Virus record (IMG/VR): IMGVR_UViG_3300042471_000228
Location: 28,522-92,521 of that record
DNA length: 64,000 nt
Strand: one strand, 5' to 3'
Source of the DNA: a virus
The translations under genes were made by a program, and so were the position numbers. Below are positions 10,934 to 20,700 of this stretch, in pieces. The notes beneath the pieces are model-generated. The model was given only the letters and a program-made list of their open reading frames with translations. It was not told the origin of the DNA and ran no database searches. Within the stretch, counting starts at the first letter, position 1; each line of letters opens with the position of its first letter.

Positions 10934-13900
10934 TTACTGAGTATTCCTAGGAAGACTCTTGATCTTTACTTTTCTAACAGAACCTCCATTGTTTTTAAAA
11001 TAAAAGTCTCTACCATCAGGATTTGATATACCATCAGGTAGCATGTTTTTAGCTGAGGCTTTATATAGAATTTCTTTTTTAACTTTATTAGGTATAGGTA
11101 ATAACCCAATTGTTGTACCAGTAGCATTATTAAGTATGTCTTCTAATGCTTCTCTTCCTTTATATTTTAATGGTCTATCATCATTAAATATTGTACCTAG
11201 TTCATGTCCTACTCCCATGATGTTTGCACCTAACCAACCTAGTGCTGGAGAAACAATTGGTATATTACCTGTTTTATTTGCTATAGCTTGTTGAGTATAC
11301 ATTCCAGCTAAAGGATGTCTAAAATTATCTACTGGATCTTCTCCAGGTTCTAATCCTTCTGCTGCTTCACGAGCTGCTTTACCCATAGGATCTCCTAATG
11401 ATTTATTTAATCTATCTTCAAATGACATACGTCTACTGCGAATCTTTAGAGGTTTTTCACTATGAGTAGAATCCCAAGTATTATCTTGAGGATCATATAT
11501 CATAGAAAACTTTTGTAATTCAGTAACAGGAATAATATTACCATTTGAATCTAGATATCTAGCATAAGATTTAAAATTAGGATCTAGATAAATACTTTGT
11601 CCAGTAGGTGTTTTATATTCCTTACCTTTAGTAGATCCACCTTCTTGTTTAACAGGTATTGAATCAAGTATCTTTTTTGTAAATGCGTTTCTGCTAACCA
11701 TATCCTTACCTTTAGAGGTTCTCTTATATTCCTTTAGCATTTTCTGATGCGCTACTTCTTTTTCCTTAGGAGTTTTTGCATTACTATACTCATCTATAGC
11801 TGAAGTAAACTTTGTAAAGTCCTTTATTACACCATTGTAAGTATAATCTACTATTAGATCTTTTAGCGTGTCAGGTACTTTATCAAAAGCATTTTTTCCA
11901 TGTCTGTTGTTGTAAACTCTTTCAGCAGTAATTAGATGGTTTGCTAGATCTTTATTAAATAATTCTTCAGCTTGTTTTTCTGTTATACCTTTAGAGTATG
12001 TTCCCTTTCGTACTTCTTCATCAGTCAACTTATGTCCGTAAGCAATAGTTTTATTACCACCTTCTTTTGAAGCATGTGGTAACCACTTTTGAGAATTCTT
12101 ATTAAATCCTTCTCTAATACCGTTCTCCTCTATTTTTAATGCCTTTATGTATTCTTCTGTTGGAGTATACTTTTTACGAAGTTGTTTAGGTGTACTAGGA
12201 ACAGTTGTAGCATTAGCAGCAAATGGTTGGAAGTTTTCTCCCCATTGATAATTACCTATATCTCTAACTGCTCCAATAGTTTTAGGAACTAATGGATTTG
12301 AAGCAGTCTCTAACAATTTTGCTTGCTTTGCAACTTTATTTGCTGCTTTAGTAGCATTAGCTAATTTAGCAGTTTGTTGTGCTGCACGTAACCATTTAGC
12401 AGCACCTGCTGTAGCAATATTTAATCCATCTAATGCAGCTCCTGATAAATCTCCTTCATATAAATTTTTACCTAATCCTATTGCAGATGCTCCCATTCCT
12501 ATATATCCTGGTACAAAAGATGCCGCATCTAATGTTAAATCAAATGCATCAGACGTATCTGTTGATGGTTTGGTATTTCTTTTCCAATTTGCATTTTTAT
12601 ATTCATCAACGGTATTCCATCCCATAGCTTTCGCACGTCTCTCTAATTCTTTTTGATCAACTTGACCTTTAGATTGATACTTTACTAAACCCCCGTCTTT
12701 GAATTCGTACTTACCCAAATAGATACCTTCTACTGCACCACCTTTTTTCATTGTTTGTTTATCATACACGGTAACTAGATCTTCATATTTGAATCTATCA
12801 TTTCCTGCAGCTTTAGCTTGACTCCTTCTATTGTTTATATAGTTATCATAGGAACCAGCATCTACTAGATCTTTTGCAATCTTTCCTACAGACTGATTGT
12901 ATGCAATACCAGAAAGTTTTGCTAATTGATCCGCTGTCAGATTGATACCTTTATTATTAGATATCTCTTTTAAGAATAGATAGTCTTTTGCAATTTTATA
13001 GAAAGTTGGTAAAGCTGCCTTCTCAGGTTTATCTAACTCATAATCAGACTTTATCAGTTTTTTCCTTAACTCTTCATTTAGATTAGTTTCATCTTTAAGT
13101 TTTGTTAAACCCATTGACTTCTCTCTATCCGAAAGGAATGTATCCTGTAATGTTTTTTCAAATGCATTAACTTGTTCAGAACTTTTACCAGCATATGTTT
13201 CAAGTGTAGGTATTGCTCTTGATACACGCATCAATTTATCAAACTCATTCTCAGATATTGGAATATCTTTTAACAAAGCTTTTTTGTTATTCTCAATTGT
13301 CTTCAAGAATTTGTAAGTAGTCTTTCCAGAAATACTTTCAGCTAATCCATCAAATTCATTTCTTGCTAGTGCTCCTTTAGGATTAAACTTACCATATTCA
13401 GTTTGATAATAGTTAACACCTTGTTCAGGAATACCGGATCCATCAGCTAGTGCACCTTCATAATAGTTAGGTCTAGTGATACCAGATATCATTGAAACTT
13501 TGTTCTTTCCATTACCTTTAACCTTTCCTTCTAAGAAGTTAGTTAAAGGATCTTTTTCAACTTTACCGTGTACGTTGTGCTCAACAAATAGTTTACCTTG
13601 GTCATCTGCTTTTACTACACCAACGTGTGTTGTAAATAATCTATTATTTAATGACTTAGTTTGATTGTAAGCTTCTTCTGTATAGTTAGATCCTTCATAG
13701 AATATATTAACAACGTCACCTGGTTTTACTTTACTATCCCAAGTAACACCTCCACCTATAATATCTTTTAGATAAGATGCTTGATTCTGTAAGTTAGATT
13801 TTATAAATGATGCAATCTGATCTTTATTTTTTAAATCAGGAACCTGATCTCTTTCTGGTAAACCTGCAAATACTAATTTACCACCTTTACTTTGAATGTT

Positions 13901-16900
13901 ATCTGATATGTGCCATGCAGAACCACTTAAACCTAGATTCTCACGCGCTTCAAATCCAGCAGCATCTTCGTCACAAATAGTTCCATTAACATACTGAGCA
14001 CACATTCCAAATGGTGTCTTAGAATCAGGGTTTAATTTAAACTTAAACGCAACTCTAGGATTAAACTCAGTTATATCATCCGTGTTAAACTTGGTACCTT
14101 TGAAATAACCTTTACTATTTAGACTCTTTTCAAAATCTCTTATAGCTTGGTTTGAAGCACTGATATTAGCAGAACCATCTTCTTGAATAAATGTATTAAG
14201 ATCTAATGGCGTCTGTATACCAAGTGTGGTTTTAGAATCATTTTGATTTTTAAAATCCTTTATAGCTTTTTTGGTAACGTCATCTAGAACACCTTCTTTA
14301 TAAGGTTTATTATGTTCATTGTATTTCTCAACAGCTTCTCTTGTTTTTTTACCAAATATTCCATCAATACCATCTTTGTTAGGACCGTATTTACCTAACA
14401 TATCCATGAGTCCGTTACTAGCTAGGAACTTCTGAAGCTCAATAACTTCTTCTTTAGATTTATAATTTTTAGGATCAATCTCTTTAGACTCAAATACACC
14501 AGCGTTTTTAAAATTATTCTGTATGCTTTTAATATCATCTTCAGAATAGTCAGACTCATTCATGAATCTTAGTTTATAGTCTGCAGATTTTTTATAGTCC
14601 TTTACTAGATTCTCTTTGTTATTATATAGAGGTTCTGTGGAACTGAACTTTGGAGAAGTTTCATATTGCTTAATTTCTTTTTGAATTGCCGCTTCTTCTT
14701 GTGCAGTTTTTAATGCTGGAAACTTATCTTGAAAATAAGCATCCATGTTTTTCAAATCTACTTGTGGTTTCTGTAGAGCGATCCTTTCTTGTGGTATACC
14801 TAAAGCTTTTTCAAATCTATCTTTTTGAATAGCTTGTGCGTATTTCTCAGAACCACCGTCTACCATTTTCACAAGACCTCCATCTCTAAACTCATACTTA
14901 CCTAGATAGATACCACCATCTCTCATTCCTTCCGGTTCTTGAGATCTATTATATAATTGTGAACCTACATATCCTGCACCTATAGCAGGTACTGCAGCTG
15001 GTAACATTTTAATAAGTCTTCTCTTTTCTTCTAAAGATGTTTCTGGTTTAAAGTGTTTATTAAGATTTCCTGTTTCAATTAAGTAATCTGTAAAATCATC
15101 TCTATCTTGTTTAATAACATCAATAGCTTGTTGCATAGATAAACCATCTCTTTTCATGAGCTCTGATGCTAGATTTGCTCTAGCTCCTGATAACTCAGCG
15201 TGTAATTCAGTAGGAGCAGACGCCCACGTTCGATACGTCTTAGGAGCATTTGGTTGAACCATTGCTCTATTAAAATCTGCAGCAATAGGATTATTTGCAT
15301 GACTTGTAAAATACTCATACTGAGGATCATAACTTTCTAAAGTTGATTCCCACTTTCCTATCTTTTGAGCATCGTGTGCTATTTCATGAGCATTTGTGTG
15401 TCTTATTTTGTTAGGATCAATTAATCGATTTTGATTAACATCAACTAATACATCCTTAGTTTTTGTTTTAAAAGGATTTGATAAACTCCGAGGTAACTTC
15501 TCTTTTGCTAAGTGAGTTGTTAATACAGGACGACCCTGAGTACCTAGTGTAATTGTACTATGCTGAGTTCTTACACCACCTATATTATCAATATTTCCTT
15601 TTAAAAATAGCTTGTCATATTCTGGTAAGTTTTGAAAACTAGGATCATTCTCATCAAAGTATACTAGTTTATTTTTTTTATCATTTGGCAGAACAGTTTC
15701 TAATTTATCAACATCTCTATCAGCATTTGCTCTTTTTAAATCTAATACTTTTCTTTCAAACTCAGGATCATAAATAGAAGTGCTATTTTTTAATTCATTT
15801 ACTTTATTTAGATCTACATCATGAGAAGTAACCCAGTCACTTTCAAGTTTTCTACGATCATCCTGTAGTTTAAAAAACTCATCGGATAAACTTTCAAATC
15901 TTTCAAAGTTATTAGGATCTTTTAATTGCTCACTTATACTCTCTAATTGGTTATCTATATTATCAATATTCGCAGAAAACTCTGAGTCAGCTTTTGATCT
16001 TGCTTTTGAAATTTCATCAAGTTGTGGTTTTACCCTAGTGTTGTAATCATCTAATCCAGCTTGATTATATGTCCATTTTTTTTGAAATTCAGTAGCATCA
16101 TCAAAAGCTTTTTGTTGGTCAACTCTTGTAAAGTTTTCTGAATAACCCGATTCAGGTACTCTATCTATACTTACTCTTTTACGTTCTAAATCCTGTAGAC
16201 CTTCTAACTCTATGTCATCTACACTTCTACCAATATTATTTTCTTTAAAGAATTCATCTATAGTATAATTGTCATATGTTTTAGGAGGTATGCTTTTTGA
16301 AACTTTTTTTGCAAACGATCCAAATGGTAAAAATCCTGCAGTGTTTAATCCTAGTTCTCCAGCACCACCCCAAGTAGTATATGTTTCTTTTTCACCTAAA
16401 TCTCTACCAACTCTTCCTACATCCATTAATACAGATGCTGGATTGAACGCTCCTATTACATCACTCATAGGAGATGATGTAGGATAGTTACCACTTAGGT
16501 TACCTTGTGGTACATAACCTCTTTGCATTAAAGATCCTACTGCATCAAGAGGTTGATCCATTGCGTAAATAAACTGATTCTTTAATCTCTCAGTACCATC
16601 TGTAGCAGGTTTTATTTCTCCTTGATCTAATAGTTGTTGCTTGATTTGTTCTTTCTTTTCTTCCTCAGCAATCTTCTTTTTAGTAGCTGCAGCTTTAACT
16701 TTCTTTGCGGGAGTCATACCATCCCTTTCATCTCTTTTAGCCTCTTCTACTCTAGGATTAGTTACATAAGTATTATCTTGAACAGCTGTTTGAGGTCTCA
16801 GACCTTCCATCATATATTCATCAAAACTAACTTGTCCTTTCTTCTGATACTTTACTAAACCACCATCTTTGAATTCGTAGTCTCCCATATAGATACCACC

Positions 16901-17710
16901 TCCTTGCTGTTTTTTAATAGTACCTTTTTCTCTTTCGTAATCTATCTCTTCTTGTTCTGCTGGTTTGTTTTGCCATCTTTTAAGATCTTTATCGTAATAG
17001 TAAGTTCCTTTCTTTAATTGACCGGACTTCTGTGTATAGTTAGGATCATAAGAATCAAGAGTTCTATTCTTACTAATACTTAAATTAACTGGTTGCAATT
17101 TAGTTTCTGATACTGGTAACTTAGTAATCGGTCTAGGTTCTACTCTTTCTAAAGGTGGTTCAAATACAACAGGTCGAGTTGGTTTTTTATATTGCGGATA
17201 TAGTGTATTAATATCACCCATAGTGGGTTTATTACCATTAGCAAAAAAATTACCAGGATCTAAATAATAAGGTTTATTTCTTGGGGTTCTTATTTCCTCA
17301 CCAAGTTCTCTAGCTCTTTGAGCAACTAAATCATGTGATACAATATTCCAATTTTCTCTTCTAGCATCTTCTAAAAGACCAGGCTCATTAAAAGCGTTAT
17401 ATAAACTTAAACTATCAGCATATGCTTGATTAGCTATTTTAAATTCTTTAGGATCTGATATAACACGTGGCACTTGTCTACCTTTTTGATATTTACCTAA
17501 TGGTACTTCAGTAACATACTTACCAGGAAATTCATATTCTCCACCGGGCATCATCATCTGTTGATTACCAAGATCATCAATACCAAGTATTGGGAACTTA
17601 ACATCCTTCATAGTAATCCTGTTACTAGGAATGATGTTCATGTCATTAAATCTATCAGGACTATCTGGTAAATAACCCGTGTTCGTAATTTTTACTTTAC
17701 GCTTATTCAT
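10934..17710 (-). CDS. Multidomain cargo protein: zincin-like HExxH, PG-binding, CHAP/NlpC-P60-like, lysozyme-like and toxin-like modules
   Basis: HEIAH...PTELHAE; ELQKFL...GIDGIFGKKTREAV; CAQYV...KPGDVV...THVGVV...EHN; EENG...TIAYGH...GITEKQAEELFNKDL; DNFRH...GHE...EDILNN. Confidence 0.75.
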   Translation of the reverse strand: MNKRKVKITNTGYLPDSPDRFNDMNIIPSNRITMKDVKFPILGIDDLGNQQMMMPGGEYEFPGKYVTEVPLGKYQKGRQVPRVISDPKEFKIANQAYADSLSLYNAFNEPGLLEDARRENWNIVSHDLVAQRARELGEEIRTPRNKPYYLDPGNFFANGNKPTMGDINTLYPQYKKPTRPVVFEPPLERVEPRPITKLPVSETKLQPVNLSISKNRTLDSYDPNYTQKSGQLKKGTYYYDKDLKRWQNKPAEQEEIDYEREKGTIKKQQGGGIYMGDYEFKDGGLVKYQKKGQVSFDEYMMEGLRPQTAVQDNTYVTNPRVEEAKRDERDGMTPAKKVKAAATKKKIAEEEKKEQIKQQLLDQGEIKPATDGTERLKNQFIYAMDQPLDAVGSLMQRGYVPQGNLSGNYPTSSPMSDVIGAFNPASVLMDVGRVGRDLGEKETYTTWGGAGELGLNTAGFLPFGSFAKKVSKSIPPKTYDNYTIDEFFKENNIGRSVDDIELEGLQDLERKRVSIDRVPESGYSENFTRVDQQKAFDDATEFQKKWTYNQAGLDDYNTRVKPQLDEISKARSKADSEFSANIDNIDNQLESISEQLKDPNNFERFESLSDEFFKLQDDRRKLESDWVTSHDVDLNKVNELKNSTSIYDPEFERKVLDLKRANADRDVDKLETVLPNDKKNKLVYFDENDPSFQNLPEYDKLFLKGNIDNIGGVRTQHSTITLGTQGRPVLTTHLAKEKLPRSLSNPFKTKTKDVLVDVNQNRLIDPNKIRHTNAHEIAHDAQKIGKWESTLESYDPQYEYFTSHANNPIAADFNRAMVQPNAPKTYRTWASAPTELHAELSGARANLASELMKRDGLSMQQAIDVIKQDRDDFTDYLIETGNLNKHFKPETSLEEKRRLIKMLPAAVPAIGAGYVGSQLYNRSQEPEGMRDGGIYLGKYEFRDGGLVKMVDGGSEKYAQAIQKDRFEKALGIPQERIALQKPQVDLKNMDAYFQDKFPALKTAQEEAAIQKEIKQYETSPKFSSTEPLYNNKENLVKDYKKSADYKLRFMNESDYSEDDIKSIQNNFKNAGVFESKEIDPKNYKSKEEVIELQKFLASNGLMDMLGKYGPNKDGIDGIFGKKTREAVEKYNEHNKPYKEGVLDDVTKKAIKDFKNQNDSKTTLGIQTPLDLNTFIQEDGSANISASNQAIRDFEKSLNSKGYFKGTKFNTDDITEFNPRVAFKFKLNPDSKTPFGMCAQYVNGTICDEDAAGFEARENLGLSGSAWHISDNIQSKGGKLVFAGLPERDQVPDLKNKDQIASFIKSNLQNQASYLKDIIGGGVTWDSKVKPGDVVNIFYEGSNYTEEAYNQTKSLNNRLFTTHVGVVKADDQGKLFVEHNVHGKVEKDPLTNFLEGKVKGNGKNKVSMISGITRPNYYEGALADGSGIPEQGVNYYQTEYGKFNPKGALARNEFDGLAESISGKTTYKFLKTIENNKKALLKDIPISENEFDKLMRVSRAIPTLETYAGKSSEQVNAFEKTLQDTFLSDREKSMGLTKLKDETNLNEELRKKLIKSDYELDKPEKAALPTFYKIAKDYLFLKEISNNKGINLTADQLAKLSGIAYNQSVGKIAKDLVDAGSYDNYINNRRSQAKAAGNDRFKYEDLVTVYDKQTMKKGGAVEGIYLGKYEFKDGGLVKYQSKGQVDQKELERRAKAMGWNTVDEYKNANWKRNTKPSTDTSDAFDLTLDAASFVPGYIGMGASAIGLGKNLYEGDLSGAALDGLNIATAGAAKWLRAAQQTAKLANATKAANKVAKQAKLLETASNPLVPKTIGAVRDIGNYQWGENFQPFAANATTVPSTPKQLRKKYTPTEEYIKALKIEENGIREGFNKNSQKWLPHASKEGGNKTIAYGHKLTDEEVRKGTYSKGITEKQAEELFNKDLANHLITAERVYNNRHGKNAFDKVPDTLKDLIVDYTYNGVIKDFTKFTSAIDEYSNAKTPKEKEVAHQKMLKEYKRTSKGKDMVSRNAFTKKILDSIPVKQEGGSTKGKEYKTPTGQSIYLDPNFKSYARYLDSNGNIIPVTELQKFSMIYDPQDNTWDSTHSEKPLKIRSRRMSFEDRLNKSLGDPMGKAAREAAEGLEPGEDPVDNFRHPLAGMYTQQAIANKTGNIPIVSPALGWLGANIMGVGHELGTIFNDDRPLKYKGREALEDILNNATGTTIGLLPIPNKVKKEILYKASAKNMLPDGISNPDGRDFYFKNNGGSVRKVKIKSLPRNTQ
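12661..16897 (-). repeat. Three dispersed copies of linker GIY(L/M)G(K/D)YEF(K/R)DGGLVK (about 12661-12727, 14867-14914, 16831-16897)
   Basis: Near-identical DNA in copies 1 and 3 (tgatactttactaaacc..c.tctttgaattcgta). Confidence 0.9.
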
Positions 17711-20700
17711 TATCTAGGAGAATATTGATTTTTAACATTGGTGATCTTAAACAACATTTTAACAGGTCCTGATACACTTCTAGATAAAAGGACATGTGTA
17801 GTATAGTGTCTAAATTTCTTTCTTTCAAAAGATGCCTTTTGATAATCTAAGTTATTAATATTTAAGTCTCTTTTGTAACCGTTTAGTTCAGTGTTCCAAA
17901 TTGGTTGTTGTACGTTCGGATATGTGAACTCTCCACGGTCACGAGTGATATCCCAGAACTGATTGAAGCGATACTTCTGTTCTTCTTTACTAAAGATGAT
18001 ATCAATACTTGTGGGATTAATCTTAGGATATTGTAGAGCAGCAATAGGATTACCTTTAGGATTTAGATTTAGATTTAATACCCCGGATACTTGTTCGGTG
18101 TTATGTACAATAGCATGATCAAAGTTAAAGTCAAGCACATGATACATATCTATACCATCAATATCGTAAGTATAACATTCTAAGTCATACTCTAAAGATT
18201 TAAGAGTGTTTACAGTTTGTCCAGTAGCAGCTATAAATTCAATCTCAAAAGGATAACTTATTCCGTAATATCTACAGAACTCATAATCATTATCATTATG
18301 TTTCCATATACCACCAGCTTGAGACTGTAAGGTCTTGGTGGTAATAAAATAGTTCTTACTTGATATAGTTAGTTCTGGATGCCAGTCATGGAAAGAGATC
18401 CACATTTTATTTTTAGGATCATAACTTATTGTCCAACTACAATCTTCAAAGTAATCAGGATCTCCTAATGTGACTTGAATTGAGTCATTTATTAAGAACT
18501 TATTATAGCCGTATTGAGGTGCGTATTGAAACGATCCTGCAAAATCTCTACGTCTCCTAAAATCACGTTTAGAGAAGTATAGTATCTGATTAGTATTATC
18601 AAATACTGATTGACAACCAATACCTACTACAGGATTATCTGTTAAGTAGTAATTAGGAAAATCTTTTATCAACTGATAAGGTAAATATTTGTTGAACCAC
18701 CAACGCATTGCTGCAGCTGATATTTCTTCAATACCATTACCTGTTACAGCAAATACTTTTCCTTGAGACTGACTTAAATAATAAACTCCTGCTGGTGTAT
18801 TTGTCACAGACAATCTATTCTGACAAGATCCATGTTGAAACTCTGCATCAGCATTTGTAAGATACTGTAATGGTTGTGAGAATAATCCACCATCACCAAT
18901 TGTAATCTTAGTTCCTGTATCTGTTTGTAAAGTATCTACACCTAAGAACTGTGCTGGAGATTGTGTTTCAAACAAAAGCAAAGCTCCATTTTTAGAAATC
19001 TGTTTTACACTTATAGGTTTTGATGTAAAGTCTTTATAGTTGTTAGGTAAGAAAACTCTCCAATAATCTTTTACCGCTTCGTCTTGCTGTGGTAAAGAAT
19101 AGATTACTCTATTAGGATAATATGTAAAACATGTTTCTGCTACACTTGGATTATAGTATGTAGGCTGCATGTTTCCCCACGATATAAAATTATTGAATAT
19201 CTTAGATACACTTAATGATATATCATACTTAAAATAATTACCAGATTTAATGTGATCGATATCAAATAACTCTCTTAAATTAGTATATGCATATGGATCA
19301 TAGTGTCTTTCTGAAGGATCTTCTCCCCAGTCTCTTAAATCAATATTGATTTCAGACTCCACAAACAAATCAATAACACCTGACTGGAATAAATAGAAAT
19401 AGGCATTCTTTTTTAAGAACCTCAATCTATTTGCACTTTTCATATTATTAACAGCACTTCCGTCAATAGCATCACTAGCACTATTTATAAAATCTAGCAA
19501 TCCTGAAAAAATACCAGGATCTTCTTCGCTTGATGCATTTATATAAGAACTTACTGTTAGCTGTTCATCCAAATCCAGATTAAACATGTTAGTTGGTAAA
19601 CCTTCTAACATCTGACCAAAGTTTCCATCAACTGCTTTATTCAAAGCAGTATTTAAAAAACTAGTTATATCAAATTTTGTAAAGTCTGCCCAGAATCTAG
19701 GATTAGAAACCATTGTTCTAAGACGATAGTCAAACTCGGTACCATCGGGTTGATTAGATAACCAATCGTAAAAATAAAAGAATGTATTCTTTTCTGTATA
19801 TCTACCTATATAAACATCTCCTCCAAAAACTAGTGAACTTTCAGCAATTACAGGAACTGTATATATATTACTTATATTCAGTAAAGGTTTATATGGAAAT
19901 CTACAACGTGTTGTTAACTGCTTAACAGATGTTAATTGACCATACTGATTTCTAAAAGCTAACTTTAATGCACCATAATACATATAAGAGTTGGAATAGA
20001 AAGGTCTGCTAATACCTTCATCTGTTATATTAGCAGCTGTAACACGATCACTTAATATTTTTAAACTATCATCTGTACCACTAGGATCATTTAGATTACC
20101 TATTAAATCCAGAGCAACAAATCTACCTCTATACAAATTATTAATTGTCTTATCTCCAATACTCTGTAATTGATTATCTATATATCCAGCATCCTTTATA
20201 AATCTTCGGGAGTTGGTAGCAATATCTACATTACCTTTAGATGAATAATGAAAGTATCCATGTGATGTATAAGCTTGAGCATACTGAGTGTAGCTCATAA
20301 TATTTAATAATATATTAAATACAGATTGAGCACCTTCTGCAAAGTAATTTAAATAAGTAACTACACCAACTGCGCCTCGTAATAAAGTAGGTAAATAGTT
20401 TTGATCACTAGGTTCTATAGTAATTTCTCTAGTGGATCCTTCACCGGTTACGCCTGGTGTAAGAAGTGCAGCGTCACCAACCGCATTAGCAATAAGATAT
20501 GTTGTTACTGCAGGATTGACACCTGTTACCGCTTCTGTAAATATTCTAGTAAAACCAGGAAACCTGCTCTCTAATGCTGATTCATCTAATGCTGCTAAAG
20601 CAGGAGCAGGATTTGCTGGAAGAGCTCCAACAAGATTGGAAGTCCTACCTGACTTTAATACACGAGTATGTTTACCGTGCACACTCTTTCCTGCTAAACC

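Noticed and set aside
17178-17185. Extra GTTGGTTT match to the candidate sRNA loop
   Set aside because: It lies inside coding sequence (KKPT) and is consistent with chance. It shows that 8-nt matches alone are weak evidence.
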